Of a stretch of 64,000 nt of DNA, positions 52,601 to 63,955 are shown in pieces. The position numbers and the translations under genes are program-made. Under the pieces are notes generated by a model. It saw nothing but the letters and a program-made list of their open reading frames with translations. It ran no database searches and had not been told where the DNA came from. Location: contig NMRA01000239.1 in NCBI GenBank assembly GCA_002633005.1, forward strand, positions 548,502 to 612,501. Reading direction: 5' to 3'. Source of the DNA: Phoronis australis. Lineage: Eukaryota > Animalia > Phoronida. Position 1 is the first letter of the stretch. Each line of letters starts with the position of its first letter.

Positions 52601-55600
52601 TAAATCCTGCATATCAACAAGAAAAGTAAACAGTCAAATAATCAAGTCAATGCGAAAGTAAGATTTGTTTCTTATTTTTATTATCACATGGGCTTGAAGC
52701 TTTTGGTACAGACCAGAGACGTAATACAATGAGAACTATGATGGACCGTTGAGGAAAAAGTGTAACCGAAAAAATACGACCCTAATTATGTACATTACGC
52801 CGTTATTTACGCCGTTAGTTACGTCGTAAAATTACAATCGTAATTTAATTCTTTACGGCCTAAAATTACGCTCGTAATTTAGTTTAAAATCTTAGCCAGT
52901 GACGTTCGGTTTTACAATTTATGGTCGCCCGTGTTCACGCATCACCAGAAATTCGTGAACTAGGCCATCCGCAAGGTGGCGATCGTCGTGTCAGTGTTTG
53001 CCAATCACAGTCTAGGTCAGAGGTCAGTTCCCTTGCTTTGCGTTTACACTCACGAAGGAGGTGATCGACAAGAATTGAAATTAACTTCAAAGTTTGGTGG
53101 AATCTGATATTGATATCACAGAATATAAACTACCGAAGTACGTCGAGACTGTGGGCGAGAAATTTCGGCAAGTTGAAAGTGTCATAGCTTGAGGAAAATC
53201 GAAAACGGTGAGTATAAACATGCCACTCATAGCTGGTGTAGCGGCACAGCTCAGCTGATTCAGTGACTGACCAACCGAGTTGTTGCTGCACACAATTACT
53301 TAGTGATTTTACTGTCGATTTATTAATAATAACTATTTTATAGTTGCAATGGTCTGTGAAATGTGTTTTAATATAGCCTTATTACGTCTGTTACACTTTC
53401 TCACTCAATGACTTCATTTCTGCACGTATGTACTATTAAACTTGCAACACAAGCACAGCTGTGACCTCAGTCCTCAAGCCTGAAATAAGTCGAGTGTCTT
53501 TAGCAGGTCAGCATTTTGGAATTATGCTGCAAAACAACAAAATTTCCATTCAGAATAACAAAATGCCGATGTGGTTGATTTAGTCTATAAATCTGGAGAT
53601 TCTGCTGCTGATACGTTGCTTTTATTTTTAGGTTGACTGGACCTTTTGCTTACATAATTCGCCAGAGAGACTGGAGTTGAGAACCAGAGTGCCTTTAACA
53701 CCAGACTTCGCTCATCTGTACACCAAGCTATTGCTTCCTCTCAAAATCAAGAGGCGGTCAAAAAGAGCACTTTTCGCAGTATTGTAGTGACCATTGGTAG
53801 CTGATTCCAATCTTTCATTGCAACGTTTCATGGCATGCAGGGCTCGACATAATTAAGCGTATACATGCTCGAAAATATGATAAAAAAGTTAAGTATGAAT
53901 GGGAAATTGACCTCACTCGTACAATCTTACTGTCACGGAGCGGTAGTGCAGCATTTTTTAGGTCGTCACTTTTTGCGAGTCCAAATCCGGGAATAGGAGG
54001 GCAGAATATGCGGTCACTCGTATTTTCGAGCAGGCATTTTTGCCTGTGTCGAGGGCTGACATGAATATATATGTGTTATTTTTTATTTTTGAAGTGCATC
54101 AGATGTCATCTCTGACACCGTGCAAAAGTTAGAGTTGTTTGGAAGTAGTGCTGATATATTTTACACTAGATTTTATTTTGTTACTTGATCTCTTATGATT
54201 ATTTTCACATGTGTTGAAATTCAGTTATTGCATGCTTAGTGTTATTTTTTAGAAAAATTTATCATAAGCAAACATTCAGCTAGAAAACATAAAGGAAAGG
54301 GTTCCTCGTGGTAGAAATTTGTAACGTTTGCATTTTATTTGTATTCACTTAAGATGTTCATTTCTTGTAAGTGATGTTGCTGTTTTCACAACAATCTCTT
54401 ATTGCATGCAAACATGTCATACGAACTGGCTAAATCTTCCATTCTACTCATTTACTATTTAAATCTGAACTTAAAAAGCTATTTAAAGCAGCATTGGTGG
54501 CATTTTGAATGTTTATCGTTATAAAAAATAAAGTTTTGAACAAAAATTACTCATTTGTTTTTTTCTGGCTACTATATGAACTCCTGTTTCTGTTGCTGGA
54601 AAATCCATTCCATAATAGTTACTGCTACATTTACCGGCGCAATCTGTTTTGAAACCAAACCTTACACTGCATAAGTGGATTTAGGCTTCCCTTTCGCACA
54701 CGATAAAAATGTCACCGACATGTCGATTTCAGTACCTGAAACGCTTAGACATTTCTGATACCTACTACTGATTCAGGATTTATAAAATTTCGTAACATAT
54801 TATTTATCTGTACACTCACAATCTGTTTTGAAACCAAACACCGGGGCGGATCCAGGTTTTATTAAAAAAGGGGGTCCAAGTCAACAATTCGAAAATTCTA
54901 GATTTTACATAACTAAAATAAAGGGAAAATGGGATCCGAAACCTTTTGACCCCCCTGGATCTGCCTATCAAACCGTGACGGTACGCTGCATAGGTGGATA
55001 TAGGGAGGTCCGAGGGGACCCAGGGCTCCCTCATTCCGCACATGATAAAAAACGGCGCTGACATGCCATTTTCAGGGATCTCACGAGGGTTTTTCTTACA
55101 AAAATTGACGTCACGCCTCTAGAAAGGCCATATGATGAAGGTTTATCCTTCGGAAATTGAGGTCGGGCCCCCATCATCTTAATTCCATGACGGATCCGTC
55201 TATGGGTATGAGTTCTTTTTTCTAATAAATGTGATACCTTCAACACAGCATAAATTAATAAAAACAGCAATATAATGTTAAAAAGAACTAGTGCAACCTT
55301 AACATAGCTGCGTCTCATGAAGTGCTCTATGTGCAATAATTTCAGAGTTCAATATTTTTTAGCAAAATACATGACCGACTGCTTCTTGTTGCACTACTAG
55401 GAATGAACATTTACATTCCGGGCTAAATCGTCCTCACTAGAGCTTGCAAATCGTACTACAGACCACGAAACTTTAAATGACTGCTTTTTACATTTCTGGC
55501 CGCGAACCCATTTTCAACACCCTGTTGGACACCGTTTTTTTCAGAAAATTCGTTCGAAAACAGCATTTGTAATATCTAGGTTACACTGTTCGTGATCTCC

Positions 55601-56918
55601 GCTATCGGCAAACAATGGAACTGAATTACTTATACTCTCCACAGATTTGATTTGAAAATGGGTTTGGGCTCAAATATTGCCTTCCGGGCGATTGGCTGTG
55701 TACCATCAACATGGGCAAACTTCAAAGTTCAATGGACACCGAACAATCTTCACCAATCTCTCCAATATTCAGCATAATGAATCCTTAGGTCTATGTTTTT
55801 TTTCGCTAGCTATCGGCAAATTGCAGAGTTGTCTCCCCTAAATCAAAATTCCTCGGAAAGCCCTTCTTGTGTGTATTTCTGTGGGGGAATAGTGAGCTGG
55901 TGGCTGCGCATGCGCACTGCCTATGTCAGATATTTCTGGCGTTGGGAAATACGGGTTACATGTCTACGGGCGCTGAATCATGGCGGATCAAATCGCTGCT
56001 GGAATGTCAGCCATTGTGCAAGAACGAGCTGCCCAGCAACAGTCGGGTATGTTAGGTTAACACTGATTGGTTTAAATTTAGAACGTTCTTAAGGTATTTT
56101 ACGAGCGTAATTTACGGCGACAGTTCCCCCATTTAATTTACGCGGGCGTAATTTTACGGCAACACTTTGCAATGTAATATACGCTCGTAATCACAAGAGT
56201 AATTTTACGGCAAAACTTTGCCCCATTTAATTTACGAGCGTAATTGTACGACGACACTCCTGCAATTTAAGTTACGCTCGTAATTACAAGCGTAATATAA
56301 CGGCGACACTTTCCCCTCAACGGCCCACCATAGAAAACACGGCACGCTGAGACCTTAGACATTAGATGAACATATTTTGAAGCAAGCGGCCGGTTGTAGG
56401 CAGTCGTGCAAGACGAATGTGGTCTCTGTTGTCATCCATGACACCGTTATATCATTGGACCTAAATGCATTCGGAAAGACAGTACCTTCATATAAATTGG
56501 AGCGACCTCTGACGACTTCATCACACCGAGCAGTGGAAACAGTAAGACGGGGAAAAGTGATGTCACAGCAAGTGGAATGACTTCTGTCATCCAGTACACA
56601 GACATCAATACCAGTACAAACGCTGTTTTTGCTTCCTACAAACGAGATCGACAGTTTACTAACCGCTGTATCATAACCATGGGTTTAGAGCTGAAACAAA
56701 ATATAAGGAAGCATATGTTAGGTAAATCGGCGTTAATGATAATAGACAGCTGCAAGCTTGGTGTATCTGAACTAAAATAATCCATCCTAAATGACTATAC
56801 TCACGGGACCTGGACTCGTGATGGGCCATATCATCACCAGAAGAGGCAGGCTGACGAACAGAATCGAGTCCCAATAAGAGAAGACTTCTTTAATAACCCT
56901 CTTGGCGGTCATTCCCAT
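40637..56918 (-). CDS. SLC13 family Na+-coupled di/tricarboxylate or sulfate cotransporter (SLC13A2/A5-like, INDY-like), 13 recognisable coding exons, ~563 aa
   Basis: Exons: 56805-56918, 56486-56635, 52491-52606, 51713/51717-51865, 47669-47833, 47342-47479, 46790-46879, 45707-45811, 44633-44730, 43889-43989, 43333-43494, 42809-42946, 40637-40798. Motifs include [101 protein letters not shown] and [17 protein letters not shown]. One junction (exon 4/5) is ambiguous. Confidence 0.93.
40932..41005 (-). mobile_element. tRNA-derived SINE-like head
   Basis: Minus-strand CCCGGGTTCGAGTTCCGG T-arm/B-box; the rest does not fold as a tRNA. Confidence 0.4.
41712..42360. repeat. Long inverted repeat (~230-bp arms, ~185-bp spacer) in the last SLC13 intron
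   Basis: GTACTCACACACATTACCTGCGACTGCCACAC...CTAAAAACAGCAACATTAGTG (41712-41940) is the reverse complement of CACTGATGTTGCTGTTTTTAG...GTGTGGCAGTCGCAGATATTGTGTGTGAGTAC (42126-42360). Confidence 0.9.
48057..48794. repeat. ~325-bp near-identical duplication spanning a single-N join (probable assembly or haplotype artefact)
   Basis: 48057-48382 matches 48470-48794 except for one T in a homopolymer; N at 48383. Confidence 0.9.
49025..49326. mobile_element. MITE, CAGGGGCGGATC TIR family, 5-bp TSD
   Basis: TIRs CAGGGGCGGATCCAGG / CCTAAATCCGCCCCTG; TSD AAGTC at 49020-49024 and 49327-49331. Confidence 0.92.
53838..54058. mobile_element. MITE nested in the 3.6-kb element
   Basis: Termini CAGGGCTCGACA / TGTCGAGGGCTG; flanks GCATG / ACATG; subterminal TGCTCGAAAATA / TATTTTCGAGCA. 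Confidence 0.7.
54841..54969. mobile_element. MITE, GGGGCGGATCC TIR family, nested
   Basis: CCGGGGCGGATCCAGG / CCTGGATCTGCCTATC, with CAAAC on both sides. A paralogous empty site is visible at 54640-54685. Confidence 0.85.
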
Positions 56919-57702
56919 GCTGAGAAATATTGACACTTGATGAAATAACAAAATTATTATATATCAGAAAAGCGAAAATGGTCCAGTTTTACTTAAATGC
57001 AACAATAACTTTGGGCAATGAACTCTCATTTATACATAACTCATTCCACAAAAATCCTTCCAAACTTTAATGCAACGTGTACATCAACTAACCGACCTAA
57101 TCGTTACCTGAAAGTACTAACGTCTAAAATGAACTGGAGGCAAATGTATTTCATCATTTCACGCGTTTAACACGCCGAAATCTAGGCGAAAATGCTCTTC
57201 AGACAACTCGTAAAATTGTTGACTTATTTATTAACCTTTACTGTGAACAGGTCAATTTCGCAATAAACACCATTCGAACTGTTCGTTGCTCAAGCATTTT
57301 TGAAGAAAGATAACTTCTACAACAACAACTTCTAAGTACGTTGAGAATGATTGTGCATGTTATGCCTGTGACGAGGTCTCGTTTCGACATAAGACGAAAT
57401 GTTGAAAACTTGAAATATGCGAGTCATCACAAAACAGATTACGTAAGGTTGTTCCCAAGTGATTCGCTTCAGGCCATATCTATTTCATTGGTAGTAGTTT
57501 CATGTTGTTGTTCAAGAGGCTAGTTTTTGGCGAGTGTACTGGAGGTAGGTTTATAGCTGTTGTAACTGTACTATATCCGGGTCAAAACGAATTGCGGATA
57601 TTTGTTTAAAAGAAAGATAAATTCATTCAACAGTGAAACACAAAATAGGCAGAAACACTGTTTCAGTGATTTGTAACGTAACAAATGAGCCAACTAAACA
57701 CA

Positions 57703-57963
57703 GAGAGGCAGTCCGCCTTCATCATTATGCTGTCTCCACTTTCACAACATGAAACTGGGTAAAGTTGAGTTGTGTCATTGCACTAATTTCTCATTTACAC
57801 TGACTTCTGCCTCAACCAACGTTCACGCGAGGNGAGAGGCAGTCCGCCTTCATCATTATGCTGTCTCCACTTTCACAACATGAAACTGGGTAAAGTTGAG
57901 TTGTGTCATTGCACTAATTTCTCATTTACACTGACTTCTGCCTCAACCAACGTTCACGCGAGG
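57703..57963. repeat. 130-bp exact duplication across a single N (contig-overlap artefact)
   Basis: 57703-57832 is identical to 57834-57963; N at 57833. Confidence 0.92.
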
Positions 57964-58830
57964 TTCAGATACATCGGCCTCTATTATGTGCAACGCTAAC
58001 ACGGGGGCGTCTGGGCTTAATTTCGGTCAGCGATATTCATTGAAAATGTATTTCCATGCATGGACATAGTCAATCGAGCCCTGCCTATAGAAGTATAAAA
58101 CAAAGTTTTGAAAACTACACATTTTCAAAAACTACACATTTTTAAGAATTGATGATTGTACAAATATGTAGAACAAAAAGTAAACGAAATCGATATGCAA
58201 ATCATAAAAATCGGTGCACTATTGCTTGGTTTATGCACATCAAAATTGACTTCAGCTGCTTGACTAATTATCTTCTCCTGAATAGAATTGTGCTACAAGT
58301 AACAAGAAATATATGGGAATGAGCGCTCTCATGGACTATCTGGATAACGAGTGGATCCACACGGGTGGATTTTCAAATTTGCGACATTTACCTGATGCAT
58401 TTGAAGGTGAACACGATTTCCCATCAGGATCTGTCACATTTGACACACTTTGTAAGGAGAATTGTAAAGTGGTTCTTTATGAACTGCCACAACTTACTAC
58501 GCAATTCCGTTACATAAACAATTCAGCAGATCAGCGCAATAGCGACACCCCGAACGCCAAAATAAGTTCACTAAAAACGCCATTTCACAGCACCAAAAGT
58601 TCGACTTATGTTACAAACAATTCTGGTAAGATCTTGGTCCAAGTCTGGCAGAGTCTGCCCTAGTTCAGTCTAGTTTATTTAGAAATCTCGCGAACTCCCT
58701 CACATTCTCGCCCCGAATATTTTCTGTGGATTTTTTGTTACGAGTCCTCATTACCACATTTAGTCTTTTCTGTCCAATTAATTCATAATATTTTACAATA
58801 TATTAAGAGACACGAGCACCTCCTCCCATC

Positions 58831-58987
58831 CAGTGCTGTAGTGGTAAAATTCGAGGTAAGTAGGCGCCCAAAGCCCGGCCGCATCACCTTCAGCACTGAA
58901 CGTAACTTACGGTGCGTAGGGGCTACGCTCAAATGCCAAAAGGTGATTGGCTGCGCCTACGTGCGCCTACGCCCCACTGCAACACTG
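58831..58987. mobile_element. hAT-type MITE, 157 bp, 8-bp TSD
   Basis: TIRs CAGTGCTGTAGTGG / CCACTGCAACACTG; perfect TSD CTCCCATC at 58823-58830 and 58988-58995. Confidence 0.92.
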
Positions 58988-59139
58988 CTCCCATCTCCCG
59001 CCAGCGTCATTGCCAGCGGAGAAAGTTTAATATCAGTTTTAATAAATCATCTAATACTGCGCTGTTCCTTTGTTTAAAAAAAATCCCAGTGGTGTGACGT
59101 GCAGCTTCCTCACTAGTCCATGAAGAATTTGACAAAAGA

Positions 59140-59147
59140 TGACGTCA
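59140..59147. promoter_or_regulatory. Consensus CRE (TGACGTCA) just upstream of the FUNDC ORF
   Basis: Perfect palindrome 66 bp before the ATG; a second TGACGT lies at ~59095. Confidence 0.4.
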
Positions 59148-59213
59148 TGGACTTATCACATTTTTGATGAACCCAAGTGAAGTCACACAAATATTTATCC
59201 GCTCAAAACGAAC

Positions 59214-59963
59214 ATGGCAATGGATATGGGAACGGGGGATTTTGAAATCGATAGTACAATGATAGGATATCCAAATGAAGAAGAATGTGGAGACGCACTA
59301 GAAGACCCACCATTTGCCAACCCTACATTGACGGAGATAGAGACTATGGCGGAAATTGCTGCCGAGGCTGCGATACTACGCGAGGCGGAAATGTCGGCGG
59401 AAGCTGTTGTTGAGGCATTTATCTTACGAATGAGAGAATCGACGGAAAGACACGAGCTCGTTCCGTTAAATGTCGGTTCAGTTAACTTTCATCTGAACGC
59501 AGACAGCCGCGCAAACTCAATGGCGTTGGATACCACGCCCGCATCGGCTGTGGTTGCCGTAACACCTGAGCGGAGAGCACCGACAGTAAGTCTCACAAAA
59601 CACGTGCTGGACAGCGTGATGTCCATGCGGAATTTCGCGCACAATCTGGCGCCAGTCGAGAAACAAATGTTGGGTAGTGTTGCTGGTGGACTGACCGGTT
59701 ATGCAGTGGCCGCAATCGGCAAACGCATTGCGTTGATCGTTGGCGGAAGCTTGCTTTTCGTTCAAGTTGCGCAGAAGCACGGATTTATTCGTTTGGATTC
59801 CGAGGCCATTAAGCACTCTTTAGTGGATGCTAGGAGAGCGATGGAAAACGAAGCCCGCCAAATCCCAAACGTGGTCGTTTCGATGGCGGAGATGGCGATT
59901 CAACACGTTGATTGGGTCGGAGGATTCGTTTCTGGGTTTCTGCTGTCCCTCGGCTCGTTTTAG
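59214..59963 (+). CDS. FUN14-domain (FUNDC1-like) mitochondrial outer-membrane protein, intronless, 249 aa
   Basis: The C-terminal ~105 aa (KQMLGSVAGGLTGYAVAAIGKRIALIVGGSLLFVQVAQKHGFIRLD...GGFVSGFLLSLG) follow the FUN14 pattern (QxxxGGxxGWxxGF...VGK.AA..VGGG.LLLQ.A.H.GY...DW; GF.GGFLLG). Good ATG context (AACATGG), and AATAAA at 60016-60021. Confidence 0.9.
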   Translation: MAMDMGTGDFEIDSTMIGYPNEEECGDALEDPPFANPTLTEIETMAEIAAEAAILREAEMSAEAVVEAFILRMRESTERHELVPLNVGSVNFHLNADSRANSMALDTTPASAVVAVTPERRAPTVSLTKHVLDSVMSMRNFAHNLAPVEKQMLGSVAGGLTGYAVAAIGKRIALIVGGSLLFVQVAQKHGFIRLDSEAIKHSLVDARRAMENEARQIPNVVVSMAEMAIQHVDWVGGFVSGFLLSLGSF

Positions 59964-60411
59964 ACACAACTTTTTACTGATAATTTAATATTGAACATTT
60001 GCTACGTTCTTTTACAATAAACAAGAACTTTGTTACACGGAAGTTTGGAGATAGGTATTAGTTGTAGATTCAATGAATATGATGTGCATGAACATGTAAT
60101 TGTAAATATCATGTGACTGAGGAAGATTCACTATATCGGCCACCAATGGCGTTGCTGTATTTCTGCCTATGAACTGAGAAATCCGGTACGATTTCAAAAA
60201 TGAAGCCCTCAAACAAACCGTAGTTCAAAAATAGCTTGAGGGCAGCACTTTTGGACTATTTTTAGCATCTGTAAGACGCTTACTTTCAAAATCTAGTAAT
60301 GGCTTATCTCCAGCTTAATGGTTGGGAAGTGATGGTGTTGGCCTGAAACTGTCATAGTGAGACACGAAAAGTTTCTGTGGTTATGCGTAACGGTTTTGAC
60401 GTGACACGACT

Positions 60412-60561
60412 CATGGGCGGCGCAGCACTGAAAAAAATGGAGAGCTATAGCCCCCAGCCCCCCTGTGGTGCACCGCCCATATAGACCACGGGCGGTGGAA
60501 CACTGAAAAAATTGGGGTGAAAGGGCTATAGCCCCTAGCCCCCTACGGTGCGCCGCCCGTG
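60412..60561. mobile_element. Two tandem ~70-bp mini-MITEs
   Basis: Each unit is CAYGGGCGG...ACTGAAAAAA...GCTATAGCCCCYAGCCCCCT...GGTGCRCCGCCC; outer flanks CGACT / CAACT. Confidence 0.65.
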
Positions 60562-63254
60562 CAACTCGCAACTTATCATTATATTGGTAGAGTTCTCCGA
60601 TAACTCTATGAATAAACATCGACGGGCAGCACTGCCAAGAAAGACCATTGCGTCCGAAATAGATCGAATTACAGTTAACTTTCCGCATGCTTTGGAATTA
60701 AGGATACGTGGACACAAATATTGCTTTGACGTTGCCCCGTATGTTTAAAACGGGGAGTGTGGTATGGATATCCAGATTACTCTACAAAACATGAAGAGGA
60801 CCCTACCAGAGCGCCCTCACCGATATATATTGGGCGACAGGACTGGTTTGCGTACCGCGAAATGTGCCGCAATTATTAAAGACACAATGCAGTTGTAGGC
60901 AGTAGGCAATTACATCGCCTCTGGACGTCACATAATATTACAGTATGCTGTCATTCCCTAGATAATCAAACCCATCATAAACTTACTGGGGGCGATAATG
61001 TTACTTTTTTAAGTTTCGTAGAGAAAGTTTTTGAACGCATATTTGAATAATTCGTGAAAAATGCACGTGGTTAGATTTTTTAATGTTAAAAATCGGACAA
61101 GAAATGTGACTTATACAACTTAAAACTTTAGATCAAAGTTGGCAGTTTTTAGCTTCTTATTAATTCTGGTATTTGTTCTACATAAATGCGCCAATTCACA
61201 AACCAGCAAGAAGCAGTTGGATTTTGAGGTAAGCCAAAAGTCATCGTCCAATTCTTGACATGAGCAGTTCGTCATCAAATTGGTGAAATTTTAAACTAAA
61301 ATAAAAAATCTTTTTCCATTTACCCCTTCTCTGTGACTCAAAAAGTAAAAGTTTGACTCGACACATACCGCCAAAATCTGGTTATAACCTTGTTGCTATG
61401 GTCTTTTATTGAAATAATGCTTTCGGCTCACTTTGCAGAAGTTCGTTGTTCATTTTGAACGCGATTAAGCGACTGTGACTTTGTTAATTTCACGTACGTG
61501 TATGTATTATAACCCAAAAACTCTTGCTTTCGTAATTCCGCCAGGTCAGCAAGTGTGGTTCCTAAATCCTGTACGCATTTATTTCGACTTCGATTGTTTT
61601 GTTCTTTTATACTACGTTGGAGGAATACTTGGCAAAATGAGTAGGCCTTAGAGAAGGGCATTTGCTCTTTGATAATTTTCAAACTACAGTTTTTCTTTGA
61701 AATTTTCATCATTAAAATTTAACTGTGTTTTGCCACCAGTCCAACAATTTTTCTTAACATTTGTATAGTACTTGCCTTTTGCGAGACACATGTAGCTCCA
61801 AAAGCGATCCCGTGAGGATCGGCACCTGAGCCTCAGAGCTACATGTACACTGTACCCACTTCAATCCTCTGAGCTACCCAATGCAATTGTTCTGGAAGAA
61901 TCCTTTCTTCAAAACTCCCGTCGACTTGCGCTGCGAAGTATATAGAATACTGAATGCAAACACTGCTCTTCTTTCTCCCCGAGGAACGCGATGAAAATTT
62001 ACGTTTACTTCCGAGTGTACATTTGCGTATTATGTATACATTACGTAAGAGCGCAAAAGTGTTGCATATAAACGAGGCTAATGGGGCAATTAGCGGGATC
62101 CCGCATAATTTTGTCCGTAAGTAGACGTAAATTGCAGTGGGCTCCTGAAATAAACTTGGGGCCACCAGGTCATGATGGTAACTATTACAAACGGACTAAA
62201 CGAATCAACCCTTTCTGTAGTGAAAAGCACGAACATCGTTTGACGCGAAGTAAGCTCAGAACTTGGAACACCCGGCCACGTTTGTCAGTAGAGATGACAT
62301 TGCGAAAAAGGACTCACGGAGAACACCCGAATCAGGCGAGGTACATGTAGCTGCCATCCTCTTCAGTTTCCCCAGGCAGACATTGGACAAATGACCTGGC
62401 TTCACTTGTCATGGACAATCAGTCTTCGCAAGTCGCCTCTTCGTCACGGTTGCCCGCGATTACAAGGGTACAATCGCTTACATGTAATCGACCATTGTCA
62501 AGTTTTCGCGGTTATCTGTCCCTCGAAGTGTCAAGGTTTCTCCTGTAAGATATACTGAATGTGACGTATTCGCACTAGCCACGGTGAAGGGCCGTGGGAA
62601 GGTGGGGGGGGGGGGGGACCGGCGCGGGTCCCCGAAATTCTCAGGTGTCAGAGTTAAACCGTGGCAACGGACATAGGCGTGGGGCCAGGTACAGTCGAGA
62701 AAAGAAAGACTGCGAAATATGGATAAGAGAGAAAATTCTCTGCGTAAGGGCATGGTTTACATTCTGAGGACCATTGCCAGGATATTGTCGTTAGGGTGGG
62801 ATCATTGTCAGTAAGCCTCAGCTCTATAACTACATTAACATGTATATGGCTAAAATATCCCCCTTGTGTCCATCTTCCATATTACACTTGGCACCCCAGA
62901 GAACTGAAACAGGAGCAACGCCACCAACAGTTGCACACAGAGTTTACATGCCTCTTTCGCAGCAACGTGGTTCACTGGCCGCAGGAGAAAACTTGGACGT
63001 GTGCAAATCCGGGATTTCTACTAATTACACCGAAATAGGCGTGAAACATGCGTCACCATCAATTAGTTGTAAGGTTGTGCTCCAATAATTACCCTCAGGT
63101 ATTTATTACGCTGGTAGCAGGCTCATGCTACGAGCCATGTGTTTTTGGACAGTGTTCTCGATGACTCGTCCTTGAAGATAGCACACGTTGTACACGTTAC
63201 ATGTATACAGTAACTTGGTTATTTTTGAGCCCATCTGAAGTCTAAGGGCAAATG

Positions 63255-63482
63255 TGATAATCCTCCTCCAGTAATTGTCTTTGACGTTTTTGAAAACAAG
63301 GTTTTCTCAATCCTCAGTTATGACGCTGAAGCGTGGGAATGTAAAGAGTACCGCTGTATAGAGAATGTTCACGTTACATTTAGTAAAAATCTGTTGAGTG
63401 TTTGAAGAGCAGTGCTGTTTGGGTGAAGTCGGGAGATTCCCGGTTTGTGTCAAATTATTTTTAAACTAAGTAATCAAATATC
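63255..63482 (+). mobile_element. Degraded non-LTR retrotransposon fragment (post-RT region)
   Basis: Translates as VFDVFENKVFSILSYDAEAW...IENVHVTFSKNLLSV*...AVLFGEVGRFPV...VIKY, resembling the PILxYGxEVWG...IERVHxKFCK.LLGV...VYGELGRFPL motif of LINE ORF2. Confidence 0.7.
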
Positions 63483-63484
63483 GA

Positions 63485-63595
63485 GAGCAGGCAGTGTGGT
63501 CTAGTGTGACAGGTGCCTGCTTTCTGTACTCGAAGTGGTGGGTTCGAGTCCCACTGGGTCACATTGCTAAACCCTTGAGGCAGGTATCTAGCTCC
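63485..63595 (+). mobile_element. tRNA-derived SINE head
   Basis: A-box TGGTCTAGTG and B-box GGTTCGAGTCCC, followed by a CCCTTGAGGCAGG core-like segment. Confidence 0.6.
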
Positions 63596-63955
63596 TAAGT
63601 TCGGTTTTAACTATTATTTGTAAGGCTTAAAAATGGGTCTAAGTGATCAGTGCAATGGGCCCACGTGCGCGGTCAGCTCCCGTCTCCTTATTTGATATTG
63701 CAAATCATAGACGCGGCACAATTCCTTTGCATGCATATCGAAAATTTTACTTTTGATGTATTAAACGAAACAATGGCGATTTCAAGCAGCAGCCAGTCCG
63801 ACTTGGATGCAATTCATGCAATTATCCTTTGTGACGGATTAAAATTAATTATACAGACAAGGTATTATTCAAATAGATTTTAGAATGCACGTGGGAAATG
63901 TTTACTGGGTAAAAATTTGAGCGCATGCGCGAATCCATATTATTAGGGCCTAACA

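Larger units (their letters stand above)
52736..56333. mobile_element. 3.6-kb non-autonomous EnSpm/CACTA-like element filling SLC13 intron 2
   Basis: TIRs CTATGATGGACCGTTGAGGAAAAAGTGT / ACACTTTCCCCTCAACGGCCCACCATAG, with AA on both flanks (2-bp TSD). Many subterminal TTACGAGCGTAA/TTACGCTCGTAA repeats occur at both ends. The superfamily is inferred. Confidence 0.8.

Noticed and set aside
57703-57963. 130-bp tandem duplication
   Set aside because: Exact copies on either side of one N indicate a contig-overlap artefact.
61780-63100. Possible coding exons in the moderately GC-rich stretch
   Set aside because: No recognisable motif or consistent splice pattern by eye; a homology search is needed.
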